Positions 38,701 through 51,567 are shown, counted from the stretch's first letter. The stretch: 64,000 nucleotides of DNA from Heptranchias perlo (GCF_035084215.1 NC_090327.1:86986001-87050000); one strand, 5' to 3'. The notes: generated by a model not told the origin, from the sequence alone. A program made the numbers and translations.

Positions 38701-39091
38701 AGATAGGTGATTTGAGCTTGGAACACTGCTGCTACCTTCTCACTTCCTTCAAAGACAAGGGTCTCTAGATTCTATAAGCGGCACTGTGTGTGGGCAGTTT
38801 GTGTTACAGAACTTGGGAAGCTCCGTGTGCATGGCTTGAATGATGGACTGAAAGTTGTGATGGAGTCTTTCTACTTCTGCCCTAAAGACTCCTGCAGCTG
38901 GCAAACAGACTGCACTGATTGTTGCTGTTTGGGGGTGTGACATTCTTGGGTGTTGGGTCTTGGTGCTCTGTGGATAATGTTGAGACTCGTGTTGCTGTGC
39001 ATTCTGGTCTAGACATTGGATAACTGCGGGCGTTGATTGCTCATGCAGAAGTTGCAGTGGAATCTTGATCGACCGTGTGTGATTTAGTGAG

Positions 39092-39152
39092 GAGTGGTAT
39101 CTTGGATTGAGTGGTATCTTGGATTGAGTGGTATCTTGGATTGAGTGGTATT
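39092..39152 (+). repeat. 17-bp tandem repeat (GAGTGGTATCTTGGATT) x ~3.5
   Basis: Three perfect units at 39092, 39109 and 39126 plus a partial fourth. Confidence 0.9.
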
Positions 39153-39544
39153 GGGATCCATCTCTCTGTCTTCCCTGGGGGAGATATTGCCAAAGTTGGG
39201 AGCAGTACGTCTGCTCTTGTCTTCTCTGGTTGGGTGGGGAAGGCATGTTCAGCCTTTGAATTATCAAGGTTCCTGGTGATCTGGTGGTACATCAGGTCTG
39301 CAGCTCCATTGGAGAAAAAGTTGCTAGAGCTGCCAGGAGGATCCTGAGAAGTGAGTGCATTTCAGCAAAAGTACTCACTTCTGTAGCTGGAGGGCTTGCA
39401 TTTTGAGCTACACAGCAGCACCAGAACAGGAAGCAGCAAGTGGGTAGCAGGCAGGATTAACATGTTAGTTAACATCACTGGTAGTTCTTTAAATCATTGA
39501 GGTGGCTCGGCTAGAGTTTAAGAAGCTAAGGATTGCCTATTTTT

Positions 39545-39613
39545 CAAGGCTCTGGAGTGGGACTTGAACCCACAACCTTCATGACTCAGAGGCAAGAGTG
39601 CTACCACTGAACC
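39545..39613 (-). mobile_element. tRNA-like SINE head fragment
   Basis: GTGGGACTTGAACCCACAACCTTC..GACTCAGAGGCAAGAGTGCTACCACTGA, i.e. reverse-complement A and B boxes. Confidence 0.6.
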
Positions 39614-39654
39614 AATCAGGAGGATATAAATAGTGAAATAGAAAGTATATTATA

Positions 39655-39992
39655 ACAACAACAATAACTTGCATTTATGTGGCATTTTTAACGTAGTAAA
39701 ACATCCCAAGGCACTTCACAGGGGCGTTATCAGACAAAATTTGACACCGAGCCAGATAAAGGGATATTAGGACAGGTGACCAAAAACTTGGTCAAAGAAC
39801 TAGGTTTTAAGGAGCAACTTAAAGGAGGAGAGAGAGGCGGAGAGATGCCGCCAATGGTAGAGCGAAAGAAATCAGGGATACGCACAAGGCCAGAATTGGA
39901 GGAGTGCAGAGATCTCGGGGGGTTGTAGGGCTGGAGGAGGTTACAGAGATAGGGAGAAGTGAGGAAATGGAGGGATTTCAACACGAGGTGAA
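39655..39992 (-). mobile_element. L2 3' fragment
   Basis: (ACA)n tail followed by CTTGCATTTAT; SPYLCNLLQPYNPPRSLHSSNSGL. Confidence 0.85.
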
Positions 39993-41004
39993 AACCAGTG
40001 AACAGGACAAGCTGGGGGTGGGGTGGGGATCTTGGGGAACCAGTCGTCTCTTCTGGAATTGGGATGGAGTAGAAATGACTGGCTTCAGCTGAGGACCCAG
40101 ATCCCAAGGGCACAGTCTATAAAAGGAATATGATTCAGGAGCATTGATCTCTTGTGAGGGCAGTGGAGACAGTCTCCGCTCATATGTGGCAGATAGTGGA
40201 TGAGTTTGAGAAGTCCAAGTAGACCATTAATCCAGCTGAGCCTGTACGCGGCGCAAATGTGCTGCAAGAAGTGAACGTAGTGGTCACTGTTTCTCACGAC
40301 AGTGACAATGCAGCTGCATCAATCTAGCCCTCTCCAATTCCAGCGCAGGGTGAGCTTCTGGCCTGCTTCAGGTAGGCATTGAACGCAAAAGCAACATGAA
40401 CTGGAAGCAGGTGCTGCAAGGACATCAGTATCGCTGAGTTGGTGTCACCTCAGTCCGAGTCACCAACCTCACAACCAACTAGCACTGAGGTAGCACCCTG
40501 TAGGAATTGGAGGTTAGATTCACATGTAAAAAGAGTTTTTGGCACAAGGGGTAGGAATAGTGATAAGGGATAGTAATAGCACTTAATGAAGAGATAATCA
40601 ATAAATGAGGAAGTCTTTGCCAGATTGGTGTGTTTAGAGATTATTTTTATCTAGGCTTTCGATTCTCTTTTTATTTATTGATGACAGTTTGTAAGTATCC
40701 TTTCTTTGAAAGGATAGGAAATGTATTGCTGGTTTAAACTCTGGTTATTTGTGAGCAATGCAAAGGCTCCTTAATGACATTATGGGGTCTGCAGGTGTGA
40801 TACGTTCTTTCTACTGGAAACAGTTTTCTGATGAATCTTATGTGGTGTTGGCAGTGAGTTGTCCTGTGCTACCTCTTCCCTCTCCTACATACGAACATAC
40901 CAAAATGACAGGCAGGAAAAGACCACCGAGTCACAATGAGGTGATCGATGGCCTTCACCTTCTTCCTTGTCATCTTCTGCACACGGCAGGTCCAATCCCT
41001 TCCT

Positions 41005-41255
41005 AACTGCAAAATAATGCAACATGCAGCATACCACTATAATTTTTGATACCCTTAATAGGTTGTACTGTGGAGCTCCCTCTGACCTTTTCAGGTAATG
41101 GAAGCGGGATTTCAGAATACCGATGGTCTGTTCGTCAGCAATGCATGTAGCACGAAAGGCTTCATTGAACCTATATTGTTCTTAGTCTTCAGATGATGGA
41201 GTGATCTCACATCCATGGTTGAAGTGGGCAACTCTGGTCTCCAAGCAACCATTCT
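41005..41255 (-). pseudogene. Harbinger transposase C-terminal remnant (third element; 40040-40900 is probably its convergent ORF2 remnant)
   Basis: WLLGDQSCPLQPWM /fs/ YRFNEAFRATCIADEQTIGILKSRFHYLKRSEGAPQYNLLRVSKIIVVCCMLH. Confidence 0.75.
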
Positions 41256-41367
41256 CACACATTGCTCTGACTAAACAATGCAGCTAATTTTAAATGTCGG
41301 AGATCATATCCAAATTCTTTCTGTGGAAAATAGTTGAAAATTCTGAAACGTAGCACAAAAACAGAAG

Positions 41368-42708
41368 ACATAGAAACATAGAAAATAGGAGCAGGAGTAG
41401 GCCATTCGGCCCTTTGAGCCTGATCTGCCATTCAATATGATCATGGCTGATCCTCTATCTCAATACCATATTCCCACTCTCTCCCCATACCCCTTGATGC
41501 CTTTTGTGTCTAGAAATCTATCTAGCTCCTTCTTAAATATATTCAGTGACTTGGCCTCCACAGCCTTCTGTGGTAGAGAATTCCACAAGTTCACCACCCT
41601 CTGAGTGAAGATATTTCTCCTCATCTCAGTCCTAAATGTTCTACCCCGTATCCTGAGACTGTGACCCATCGTTCTGGACCCCCCCAGCCAGGAGAAACAT
41701 CCTCCCTGCATCCAGTCTGTCTAGCCCTATCAGAATTTTATATGTTTCAATGAGATCCCCTCTCATTCTTCTAAACTCGAGTGAATACAGGCCAAGTGGA
41801 CCCAATCTCTCCTCATACGATAGTCCTGCCATCCCAGAGTTCAGTCTGGTGAACCTTCGCTGCACTCCCTCTATGGCAAGTATATCCTTTCTTAGGTAAG
41901 GAGACCAAAACTGCACACAATACTCCAGGTGTGGTCTCACCAAGGCCCTGTATAACTGCAGTAAGACATCCTTGCTCCTGTACTCAAATCCTCTTGCAAT
42001 GAAGGCCAACATGCCTTCCTAACTGCTTGCTGCACCTGCATGTTTGCTTTCAGGGACTGGTGTATAAGGACACCCAGGTCCCTTTGTACATCAACATCCC
42101 TCAATCTATCACCATTTAAATAATACTCTGCCTTTCTGTTTTTCCTTCCGAAGTGGATAACTTCACATTTATCCACATTATACTGCATCTGCCATGTATT
42201 TGCCCACTCACTCAACTTGTCTAAATCTCCTTGAAGCCTCTTTGCATCCTTCTCACAACTCACGATCCCACCTAGTTTTGTGTCGTCAGCAAACTCGGAA
42301 ATATTACATTTGGTTCCCTCATCCAAATCATTGATATATATTGTGAATAGCTGGTGCCCAAGCACTAATCCCTGCGGTACCCCACTAGTCACTGTCTGCC
42401 ACCCAAAAAAGACCCATTTATTCCTACTCTCTGTTTCCTGTCTGTTAATCAATTTTCAATCCATGCCAGTATATTACCCCCAATCCCATGTGCTTTAATT
42501 TTGCACACTAACCTCTTATGTGGGACTTTATCAAAGGCCTTCTGAAAATCCAAATAAACCACATCCACTGGTTCTCCCTTATCTATTCTACCAGTTACAT
42601 TCTCAAAAAACCCCATTAGGTTTGTCAAACATGATTTCCCTTTCATAAATCCATGTTGACTTTGTCTAATCCGTTGATATTTCCAAGTGCCCTGTTATCA
42701 CATCCTTC
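41368..42708 (-). mobile_element. CR1 3' 1.3 kb, same subfamily as 431-3857 and 21051-24503
   Basis: ORFs 42449-42646, 41937-42452, 41641-42012 and 41460-41711; ACATAGAAACATAGAAA tail. Confidence 0.93.
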
Positions 42709-42754
42709 ATGAATTCAAATTAATAAATAATAATTTCAAAGTAGTTATATTGAA

Positions 42755-42932
42755 ATGAATTTCTTTCCTCAAAGAGTGATAAATGTTGGAAGTAATCTAC
42801 CAGGTAGAGCAGTAAGTATTAAACATTAGGAGTATTCAACAAGAAGTTGGATGCTATAATGGGAGAGTTAGGATACTGGCGAGATGACCTTCCATGGGCT
42901 AAATTGTTTTTTCTCATCCTTGCCCTTTATGT
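42755..42932 (+). mobile_element. Very degenerate CR1 3' end
   Basis: AATTTCTTTCCTCAAAGAGTGATAAATGTTGGAAGTAATCTACC resembles NFFTQRVVNxWNSLP. Confidence 0.45.
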
Positions 42933-43351
42933 TCAGTAAATCTGGCCTTCTTTTTTTTGTGTATTATATTGGTTATTTTCCAATTAGCTCTGCCTTTGTA
43001 ATTTCTGCATGGTAACATTTATGGGTTAAGTATCTCATTTTCTGGCTGTTTAAGTACTTAACTGTGATTATGAATCGATTGCTAAAACTGCTCACTACTC
43101 CAGGATCATCCTGGAATGCAAAGATAACCCCTAGCTTTTTTTCTCCACTACAAACCATTTCCTTAAATCCCTCTCCCCTGCCCCCTCCACCCTTACCTCC
43201 GACAACAAGTGAGAGGAGCTCATGGACTTCTTTGTCACTGAGTTCGACACCATCCATTCAGCTGCCTCTGCTGCAAACCTCCCTTTCCCTTGCCCACCAA
43301 TTGTAAACAATTTTACAACACCAAGTTATAGTCCAACAATTTTATTTTAAA

Positions 43352-43392
43352 ATCCACAAGCTTTCGGAGGCTTCCTCCTTCCTCAGGTGAAT
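43352..43392 (-). ncRNA. Minimal type I hammerhead ribozyme motif (minus strand)
   Basis: ATTCAC-CTGAGGA-A-GGAGG(AAG)CCTCC-GAAA-GC-TT-GTGGAT. Confidence 0.78.
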
Positions 43393-43399
43393 TCCTCAC

Positions 43400-43440
43400 A
43401 TTCACCTGAGGAAGGAGGAAGCCTCCGAAAGCTTGTGGAT
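43400..43440 (+). ncRNA. Minimal type I hammerhead ribozyme motif (plus strand)
   Basis: Identical motif, ATTCAC-CTGAGGA-A-GGAGG(AAG)CCTCC-GAAA-GC-TT-GTGGAT. Confidence 0.78.
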
Positions 43441-44824
43441 TTTAAAATAAAATTGTTGGACTATAACTTGGTGTTGTAAAATTGTTTACAATTGTCAACC
43501 CCAGTCCATCACCGGCATCTCCACATCTTGCCCATCAAGCCAAGGTTTCCCCAAGGCTCTCCACTGTCCTAGCCCTAAAATCCTGGTAAGTTCATTAGAT
43601 GGATCAGTGAACCCACCCCCCTCCACTGCCCTTGTAATGAGTTTGTACAAACAACACGGAAACCAGATGCTTTTATTTGGTTGTTCAAGCAGTTTGCAAT
43701 TCCCGTGCTATTTCTGACTTGTAACTTGGATTGTAATAAGGTGCAAATAGGCACATTGTGATCACTGATGATCACATTCACAGCGCATAGAATTAACAAT
43801 CCGAATTCAGATGGTAGTTTAGGGCTAGGGATCGGCTACCTGCTCCCCCAGATATACATGTTATTTTGCATTTTGCATCATTGACCCTAGACAATATCAG
43901 ATCTGTACCACTCAATAATAAAAAAAGGCACCTACCAATGACAACACAATTATTTCTTAATTTAAATTATGATTCCTGCAATTGCACCAAACATACTGAG
44001 CTCACTAGCGCCATTCTGTAATGGCCTAAGTGGCTGTGGCAATCACAGGAAACTTGATCTCACCACTGATTTTAATGGAGGCCATGGTTATGATAATTAG
44101 CTGTTCACCTTTTTTGGCAAGGGAAGCAGCAAAAGTCTCATGAAATTACGGAGAGATGTAAGTAATGGCTAAAGTTACTCATGCCATAATTTCCTGGGGA
44201 CTTACGCGGCAAATCGGGTCCTGTGACGTAGATGCTTTGTTACAATAGTGCAAATCTCCAGCAAATTCTGGGCCATTTAACATAAAAAAAGTTTTTATTT
44301 GATAAATATTCAGACGCTGTGTGAATTAATGACATATTGAATTTTCCAGGGATCTTGAGATGACCATTGCATTCTCACTATTTCTGAAAAACAGTAATGA
44401 GATTCCAATAGGCTTGTCAGTAAGGATCTGGATTAATTTGTGACTTGTGAATTGCAATGTTGGGCTTTGTTCTTATCCTTTCACACCTTTTGTGAGGGAC
44501 AGTAGCTACAGCTTCATTTCTTTGCTGATTAATCCTGTTCCAGAACCCAGAACTCCTAACATAAAACAACTACAACACAGTGTATCTCTAGATACGTGTT
44601 ATAAAGAAAACTTTTTTGAGTTCTTGATAGAATGTTACTGATACCTAAATCTTTCAGATGGGAATGTTATAGCTGGGAGACTCATAAAGAACACAAAACA
44701 ATTTCATTGTATTTTTGTCTTAGACAATCTTGTATTGTCTCACTGAAGTGAGAGAAAGAAAGGTGTTAATAATGTCAGTGCAGATGTTTTGATATTTAAC
44801 ATTTTTTGCAATAAATATAGTAAC

Positions 44825-44950
44825 CATTTTATGCCTACATAACATTTCCTACATTTCAACAGTAACTATACTTCAAAAGTACTTTATTGTCTGTGAAGCG
44901 CTTTAGGGAGTGCTGAGGTCATGAAAACCACTATATAAACGCAAGTTTTT
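44825..44950 (+). mobile_element. Deu-SINE/L2-type 3' tail fragment
   Basis: CTTCAAAAGTACTT..TGTGAAGCGCTTT..CTGAGGTCATGAAA..CTATATAAACGCAAG; a more decayed copy lies at ~48070-48150. Confidence 0.6.
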
Positions 44951-45880
44951 TTTCCTTCTTTATACGGTATATTCGTTATATTAATTCACTGAACAATAAA
45001 TGTTATAAAGATATGACAGATATACATTATATAAAATTTAATTAAAATGTTCAAGGTTACGTATTTCTAAGTTGTTACTTTGCATTGCTTCTACACCTCT
45101 GTATATTACACTGATAGTGTTTTATTTAGTGACATTCTTATTATTCTTACTGATTTGCAAATTCAACACTTAGTTACGTGCACTGATTTACAGATTTCTA
45201 ACACTCAAGATCCTGTGCAGGACAAAATGTTAGGGATAATTTTTCTTAACTGGTATGTTGGGTGTTTGTGTGCACACAAGCTGTTCTTCTATAGAGTACA
45301 AAGATTTGTGGTTGCTGAGAAAGATAAACAAATCTATTATGGCAAGGAAAATGTTGCATTGTTTTCTTACAGGGAAAACCTGTGGTGCCCAAGCCAGAGA
45401 ATGTTTATGTAACACTTGTGGAAAAGATGAAGGAAACCACTGTCAGAATGGAGAACTCAACGACATATAGTTTTGAAACCTAAATAGGTCTTTCAGTTGT
45501 CACAAGTCCATTTTTACTTTTTTGCAAGTCGGTCGTTCATTTCTTCTCTGTCCAGAGGTGCCTGCCTTCTCCTCCTATCTTTGGGCAGGGAGTTAAATGA
45601 GGGAGTTCTGTTACTTGCTTGCATTCTACTAATGCCCTAGTGTCTCTCTAATTGTGTCCAGGTGAATAGTTATTTCAGATATGGTGTTGCTGATTGCCCA
45701 CTTCAGGAACAAATTTAAATGTCCTTTGAGGATATCTAAATGTTGATTGATGAAGTCAGTGCTCTCTATCCTATGTAAGCTCAGTGTCAATGATTAGAAA
45801 TGCCGCAAGCTTACATTTTGTCACACTTTCAGAGCTTGATGTGAAGTAAAAGATGAGCCTTGATAAGAGGATGACTCCTC

Positions 45881-46046
45881 GGGGTAATTTCAGCCTAACA
45901 CACTTGGCGGGAAACTGGCAGGATCGGATTGGCCGCCCATTTTACACCCCGCTCGATTCGGAAAGTAAAATTGGGCGAGGTGTAAACTGGGCAGCCAATC
46001 TGATCCAGTTAGTTTCCTGCTCGGTGGGTTGGGTTAATATGACCAC
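45881..46046. mobile_element. Foldback MITE
   Basis: GCGGGAAACTGGCAGGATCGGATTGGCCGCCCATTTACACCCCGCTCGATT is mirrored by AATTGGGCGAGGTGTAAACTGGGCAGCCAATCTGATCCAGTTAGTTTCCTGC. Confidence 0.75.
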
Positions 46047-49000
46047 TTTCATGTAAAGACCTTCATGCAGGACTGTATCTTCCAGAAGAAGATGGATTTT
46101 CCTGAGCTTGCCCCTACAGGGTTTGGTTGTTCTTCTGCCTACTGACCGGATCCTGCCATGCTCCTGGCCCAACATCCTGGGTTAGCGGTCATTAGACATT
46201 TATGGCAGCCCCCAGAAGAATTCCCACCAGCAAGTGGCAACTTGCCTGTGGCTGACAGGAATACCTGGCCGATGCTGCTGTGGAACTGCTACAGTAGCAG
46301 CAGAAGAGGTAGGAACCATATTAAAGGTACAGAAGATCCCTGAAGAACTTAATGCATCTCCCACTGTAGGCCTAATCTCTGGGCAGCATTAGAAGGGAGT
46401 CAGGCCTCCACCAAGCCCTTTACCTTCATTTGTCACATGGGTCGTTCCTGCCACTATACCAGGCCAACTTCCAGGCTTTACCTGGTGGTCCTGAGGAGTG
46501 GCAGAAACACTCAACAGCAGGGAAATAGGCTGGGAACCCGGGCGCTGCCCCCACCATCATTTGCATGTTGGGGTTGGTGAAAGAGATGCCCTGGCAGGGG
46601 TGCTGGGGAGCAAATTGAGGTCAGGGCGGTGAAGACGGTACGTCTTGTCATGCAATTTTGCCCACTTTTTTATTGGGCAGGATAGCTGCACTATGAAATG
46701 TGTTAGCTCTATGAATTAGATGCTTATTTACTCCAAGTTTAACTAATTTCTTTGTTTCATAATGACTGCCCATTTACTGTGGTAACAAACCATCTGTTCT
46801 TTTCAACTAATTGTTAAACTTTGGTACAGTGTGGATTATTTACATTGTATCAGATATATATAACATGGGATGAATCTATAGCAACTATGGTCAATTATTG
46901 ATGAAAAAGTCTAACTCCTGTGATTTATAACATCAACGGTAAATATGGTTAATGCCATTTGTATATCTTGAAAAATCCATTAAAATGCAAACTTTCAATT
47001 CTCTCCTATGTAAGGCTTTTAAAAAGATTCATCTTCTAATCAAAACATAAAGGTACTTTTCTGATTAACAATAACAGTATAATGTAATGTTGTATAAATT
47101 GTCAGTATTGGGCCCTCTCTTACATTTTGATCTGAATATTTTCCATGATCATTGTGTTAAAATCATTAAGCCTCTACAATTAGAGAATCCAAACACTGAT
47201 GTGCATAAATCCATAAATCCCTAGCTATGACACTTCGTTTAGGTTGGAAACTTTAAATGAAGAACTGATTTAATGACTTGACTGTGCTCTGTTCACAGAG
47301 AGATGAAAACCCAAAGCAGGCACCAGGTCGATGAGGAGGCGTTCACCTGCCCTGTTAAAGATTATCCAGCATTTAATACTGCTGGCCACATTCTCCTAAA
47401 TCCTGGCAGCCAGGCTGTAGTGAATCAATTCAATTCAAGCTAACCAAACCTCAGCAGAACCTTACAGATTCCACATGACTATCTCTCATACCAGCACCTT
47501 AGCAACAAAGGAATGAATCAAAAACAGAAGTAAGCTGTGCACTTTAAAATCAGAGCCCACTTTAAAATACTTCATTTGACACATCTATGTCTGTGCAGTA
47601 CTTTAGATCGGAAATTAATCGTATCTTTAAAATGTCACGGTTTCCCCCCTTCTTTTTTTCCAGTTCATCCTTCACATGCTTTTTCTTCAGCTGAACAGAC
47701 CACAGACTTCTCCAAAGCCTATAATGCCAATGATTTTGTGCAGTGAGTGAGTGTATGAGGTGGAAGAAGGTAACACTCTGAAATATGCATTGCTTTAGCG
47801 TTCAATACTTCAAGGCCCCTTAAGTGACTCAGCCCTCATCAGAATATAACTTTCTGTGAAACATTCTTCAATCAATCATGATCCTAGTCTTTAACAATCC
47901 ATCACTGAGAAGGTTTTGTATCCAGTTCTCCATGTCCTTTTACATTGTTTCTGTATTTTAATATTATTTTCAATAGTAATAAAGGTGCAAAAAATTCTGA
48001 GAAACTTGCACAATATGAATTTTAACATGTAGAAGGCAGAGAATGTGAAATGATAATTCTCAACAACATTTTGTGATTGACTGGTTGCAAAGTGCTTTGA
48101 GATGTCCTGAGAATGTGACATTGCATGATGTAAATCCAAATTCTTTCTTTTCTATTTTTCTTTATAATAATGTTTGTGATAAATAGGCCATTAATGAAGC
48201 CCAATGGACAATTCATAATGACAGTCATATGTGGATTATCTTGGGCCTCATATTGTGGTTTTTTAATCACACTGCCAGTCATGACATGCTCTGTTCCCAC
48301 CAGACAGCAAGTATTCAAAGGGGAGAAATTAATATGTTTGAAGGTTTTGTAGCCCAAAAATGAGCAGAAATTACTCTTTTGTCTTTTTGGGTGACGATTT
48401 TCTCTGTGCATTGGGTATAGTGAAATTGTAAATGTTTTGTTAGAAACGTGTTTATGATTTCACTACAATTAGTGCACAGAAGGAATCTTCCCTTTGTGTC
48501 ATACAACTCTTATGATTTATTAATTAAAAAAAAAATACTCGCTGGTATTTTTCCATGCAAAAATTGAACTGAAATCATGTTTCACAATATAAATAAAGCT
48601 GAAAATATTTTGTGATACAATTCAACACTCACTAATATGTGGTAAGATTTATTTTCTATTCCTAACATAACTGTATATAACAAAATGATTGTGCTTTAGA
48701 GTTTTAGGTGACCAATTTGCGGGTATTGTCTGTTAGGACCCCCAATGGAGGAATTCTTTGTATAAGCCGCACAACTTCTGAACATGTGGACCAATAAACA
48801 ACAATGTGAAACTATCCTTCCAAGAATTTAAGCCACTCAAGCAGAGCTTAATTCTGATCATCACTGTTGAGTATCTCAACAAGTAGGAAATGAGCTTCTT
48901 GACCCCTATAAGCAACATTTTACTGGTAATCCAAATGTCCTTATTGAAAACTTGTGAGTTTTAACTCAGAAAGAAGCAAGAAATCAATGTTTTAAGGACA

Positions 49001-49234
49001 CTAAAATGTTCACAATTGTCCAGAAGCCACTGTCCAAGAGGGTATAGGAACAAGCCCCCCATGTCCTCCTTCCACACACAAGGAACTAAGACTGGGTGGT
49101 GATAACAGGTTGGGTGAACATCATCTGTACCAAACAAAGACCCTGGCAAGAGATAAGAAAAAGGTTTGAAGATGAAAAGAAGATCAGCAAGGAAACACTT
49201 GCCTTCAACAACAAGATCAGAGAGACCGCAACAA

Positions 49235-51567
49235 GAACAACAGCAACAGCAACAACTTGTGTTTATATCTCACCTTTAACGTAGTAAAACATCCCAAGGT
49301 GCTTCACAGGAATGTTATCAAACAAAATTTGACACTGAGCCACATAAGAAGATATTAGGACAGGTGACCAAAAGCTTGCTCAAAGAGGTAGATTTTAAGG
49401 AGCATCTTAAAGGAGAAGAGAGAGGTAGAGAGTCAGAGAGGTTTAGGGAGTAAATTCCAGAGCTTAGGACCTAGGCAGGTGAAGGCATGGCCGCCAATGG
49501 TGGAGTGATTAAAATGGGGGACACGCAAAAGGCCAGAATTGGAGGAGCACAGAGATCTCAGAGGATTGCAGGGCTGGAGGAGGTTACAGAGATAGGGAGG
49601 GGCGAGGCCATGAGAATTTTAAAATCGAGGCATTCCTGGTCCGGGACCCAATGTAGGTCAGCGAGCATAGGGGCGATGGGTGAACGGGAATTGGTGCGAA
49701 TTAGGATATAGGCAGCAGAGTTTTGGATGAGTTCAAGTTTGTGGAGGGTGGAAAATGGGAGGCCGGCCAGGAGAGCATTGGAATAGTCAAATCTAGAGGT
49801 AACAAAGGCATGGATGAGGGTTTCAGCAACAAATCAGCTGAGGAAGGGATGGGCAATAAATGCTGGCCTCGCCAGCGACGCCCACATCCCGTGAACGAAT
49901 AAAACAAAAGACGGGTGATGTAACGGAGGTGGAAGCAGGCGGTCATGGTGATGGAGTGGATATGTGGTCGGAAGGTTATCTCAGGGTCAAATAGGACACC
50001 AAGGTTGCGAACGGTCTGGTTCAGCCTCAGACAATGGCCAGGGAGAGGGATGGAGTCGGTGGCTAAGGAATGGAGTTTGTGGTGGGGACCGAAGACAATG
50101 ACTTTGGTCTTCCCAATATATAGTTGGAGGAAATTTTTGCTCATTCTGTACTGGATGTCAGGCAAGCAGTGTGAAAAATCAGAGATAGTGGAAGGGTCGT
50201 GGGGGGTATGGTGAGGTAGAGCTGGGTGTCGTCAGTGTACATGTGGAATCTGACTTTATGTTTTCGGATGATGTTGCTGAGGGGCAGCATGTAGATGAAA
50301 AGTAGAAGGGGCCAAGAACAGATCCTTGGGGGACTCCAGAGGTAACGGTGCAGGAATGGGAAGAGAAACTATTGCAGGTGATTCTCTGGCTACGAGTGGA
50401 TTGATAAGAATGGAGCCAGGTGAGCGCAGTCCCTCCCAGTTGGACGACGGAGGAGAGGCTTTGGATGGGGATGGTGCGGTCAGCTGTGTCAAAGGCTGCA
50501 GACAGGTCAAGAAGGATGAGGAGGGATAGTTTACCACGGTCACAGTCACATAGGATGTCATTTGTGACTTTGATGAGGACTGTTTCAGTACTGTGGCAGG
50601 GCCAGAAACCTGATTGGAGGGACTCAAACATGGAATTGCGGGAAAGATGGATTAGGGATTTAGGAGGCAATAATACCTTCAAGGACTTGGAGAGGAAAGG
50701 GAGGTTGAAGATTGGGCGGTCGTTTGCAAGGGCAGAGGGGTCAAAGGTGGGTTTTTTGAGGAGGTGGTGATGACGGCAGATTTGAAGGGGAGTGGGGGAC
50801 AATACCTGAGGAGAGGGAACGGTTAACAATATCTGCTAACATGGGGGCCAGGAAGGGAAGTTGGGTGGCCAGCAGTTTGGTGGAAACAGTGTCGAAGGAG
50901 CAGAAGGTGGGTCTCATGGTCAAGATGAGCTCGGAGAAGGCATGAGGGGAGATAGGAGAGACACTAGAGAATGATGCAAGTTCAGGGCTGGGGCTGGGGG
51001 TAACTTCAGGGGAAGTTTGGCTTGATGGGCTAGGGGAAGGGAGGGAAGCAGCAGAGGCAGCTGACCGGGTGGCCTCAATCTTAGTGACAAAGATGTCCAT
51101 GAGCTCCTTGCTCTTGTTGTTGGAGGTGAGGGTGGGGGAGGCAGGGGAGAAGGGTTTAAGAAGACGGTTTGTAGTGGAGAAGGGAAGCTGGGGGTTATCT
51201 TTGCATTCCAGGATGATCCTAATGCCATAAATGTTCAAATCTGCGTCCTTTGGACTTAAGGGAGTGAAGATGAGGTCTGTACTGGGAGAATGATCAGGGT
51301 GAGAGAGAGTAATGGCTTTAATGGGGATAAGGGCATCGAAGGTGGAGGTGATGGTATGATTGAGCAGATCGGTATCTGCAGAAATGTCATGGTGAATGGA
51401 GGGCCAAAGGCTAGACATTTGGGAATTTGGAAGTGCCGTTGTAAGTGACTTGGAGGAGAGTTTTTTCCAGGGGTGAACACAGAAAGAAGTGGGTTTGGGA
51501 GGGGGAAGCGGATGTGGATGGAGAGGGATACAAGGAAGTGATCAAAGATGGCCTTATCCATGATTGA
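49235..51567 (-). mobile_element. L2 LINE, 2.3 kb (EN end, RT, 3' end), with a small HE1/HER1 3'-end insertion at ~49845-49908
   Basis: ORFs 50741-51418, 50179-50829 (LDLSAAFDT..GVPQGSVLGP) and 49701-50165; (ACA)n tail. Confidence 0.92.

Larger units (their letters stand above)
33030..39440 (-). mobile_element. Heavily decayed, near full-length L1-clade LINE
   Basis: ORF1 RRM-like piece at 38280-38669 (NNIQIFSLPE..LDCAHR..PRAFVVQL). EN piece at 35805-36026 (IIMGEGFN..LIDIWK). RT piece at 34401-34730 (LFTLAIEPLA..HADD). Confidence 0.8.
43298..43527 (+). mobile_element. Penelope-like foldback insertion, copy 3 (variant subfamily)
   Basis: Perfect 95-bp inverted arms at 43298-43392 and 43400-43494 with a 7-nt spacer; tail runs to ~43527. 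TSD CTTGCCCA(C/T)CAA at 43289-43300 and 43527-43538. Confidence 0.88.
43078..43575 (+). mobile_element. L2 fragment interrupted by Penelope copy 3
   Basis: GGATCATCCTGGAATGCAAAGATAACCCC matches the reverse complement of ~51190-51220; the L2 resumes after the TSD at 43538. Confidence 0.75.

Noticed and set aside
39092-39152. CRISPR-like array
   Set aside because: Head-to-tail tandem units with no spacers, in a eukaryotic context.
39545-39613. tRNA gene
   Set aside because: Only a SINE-type tRNA-derived head; no complete cloverleaf.
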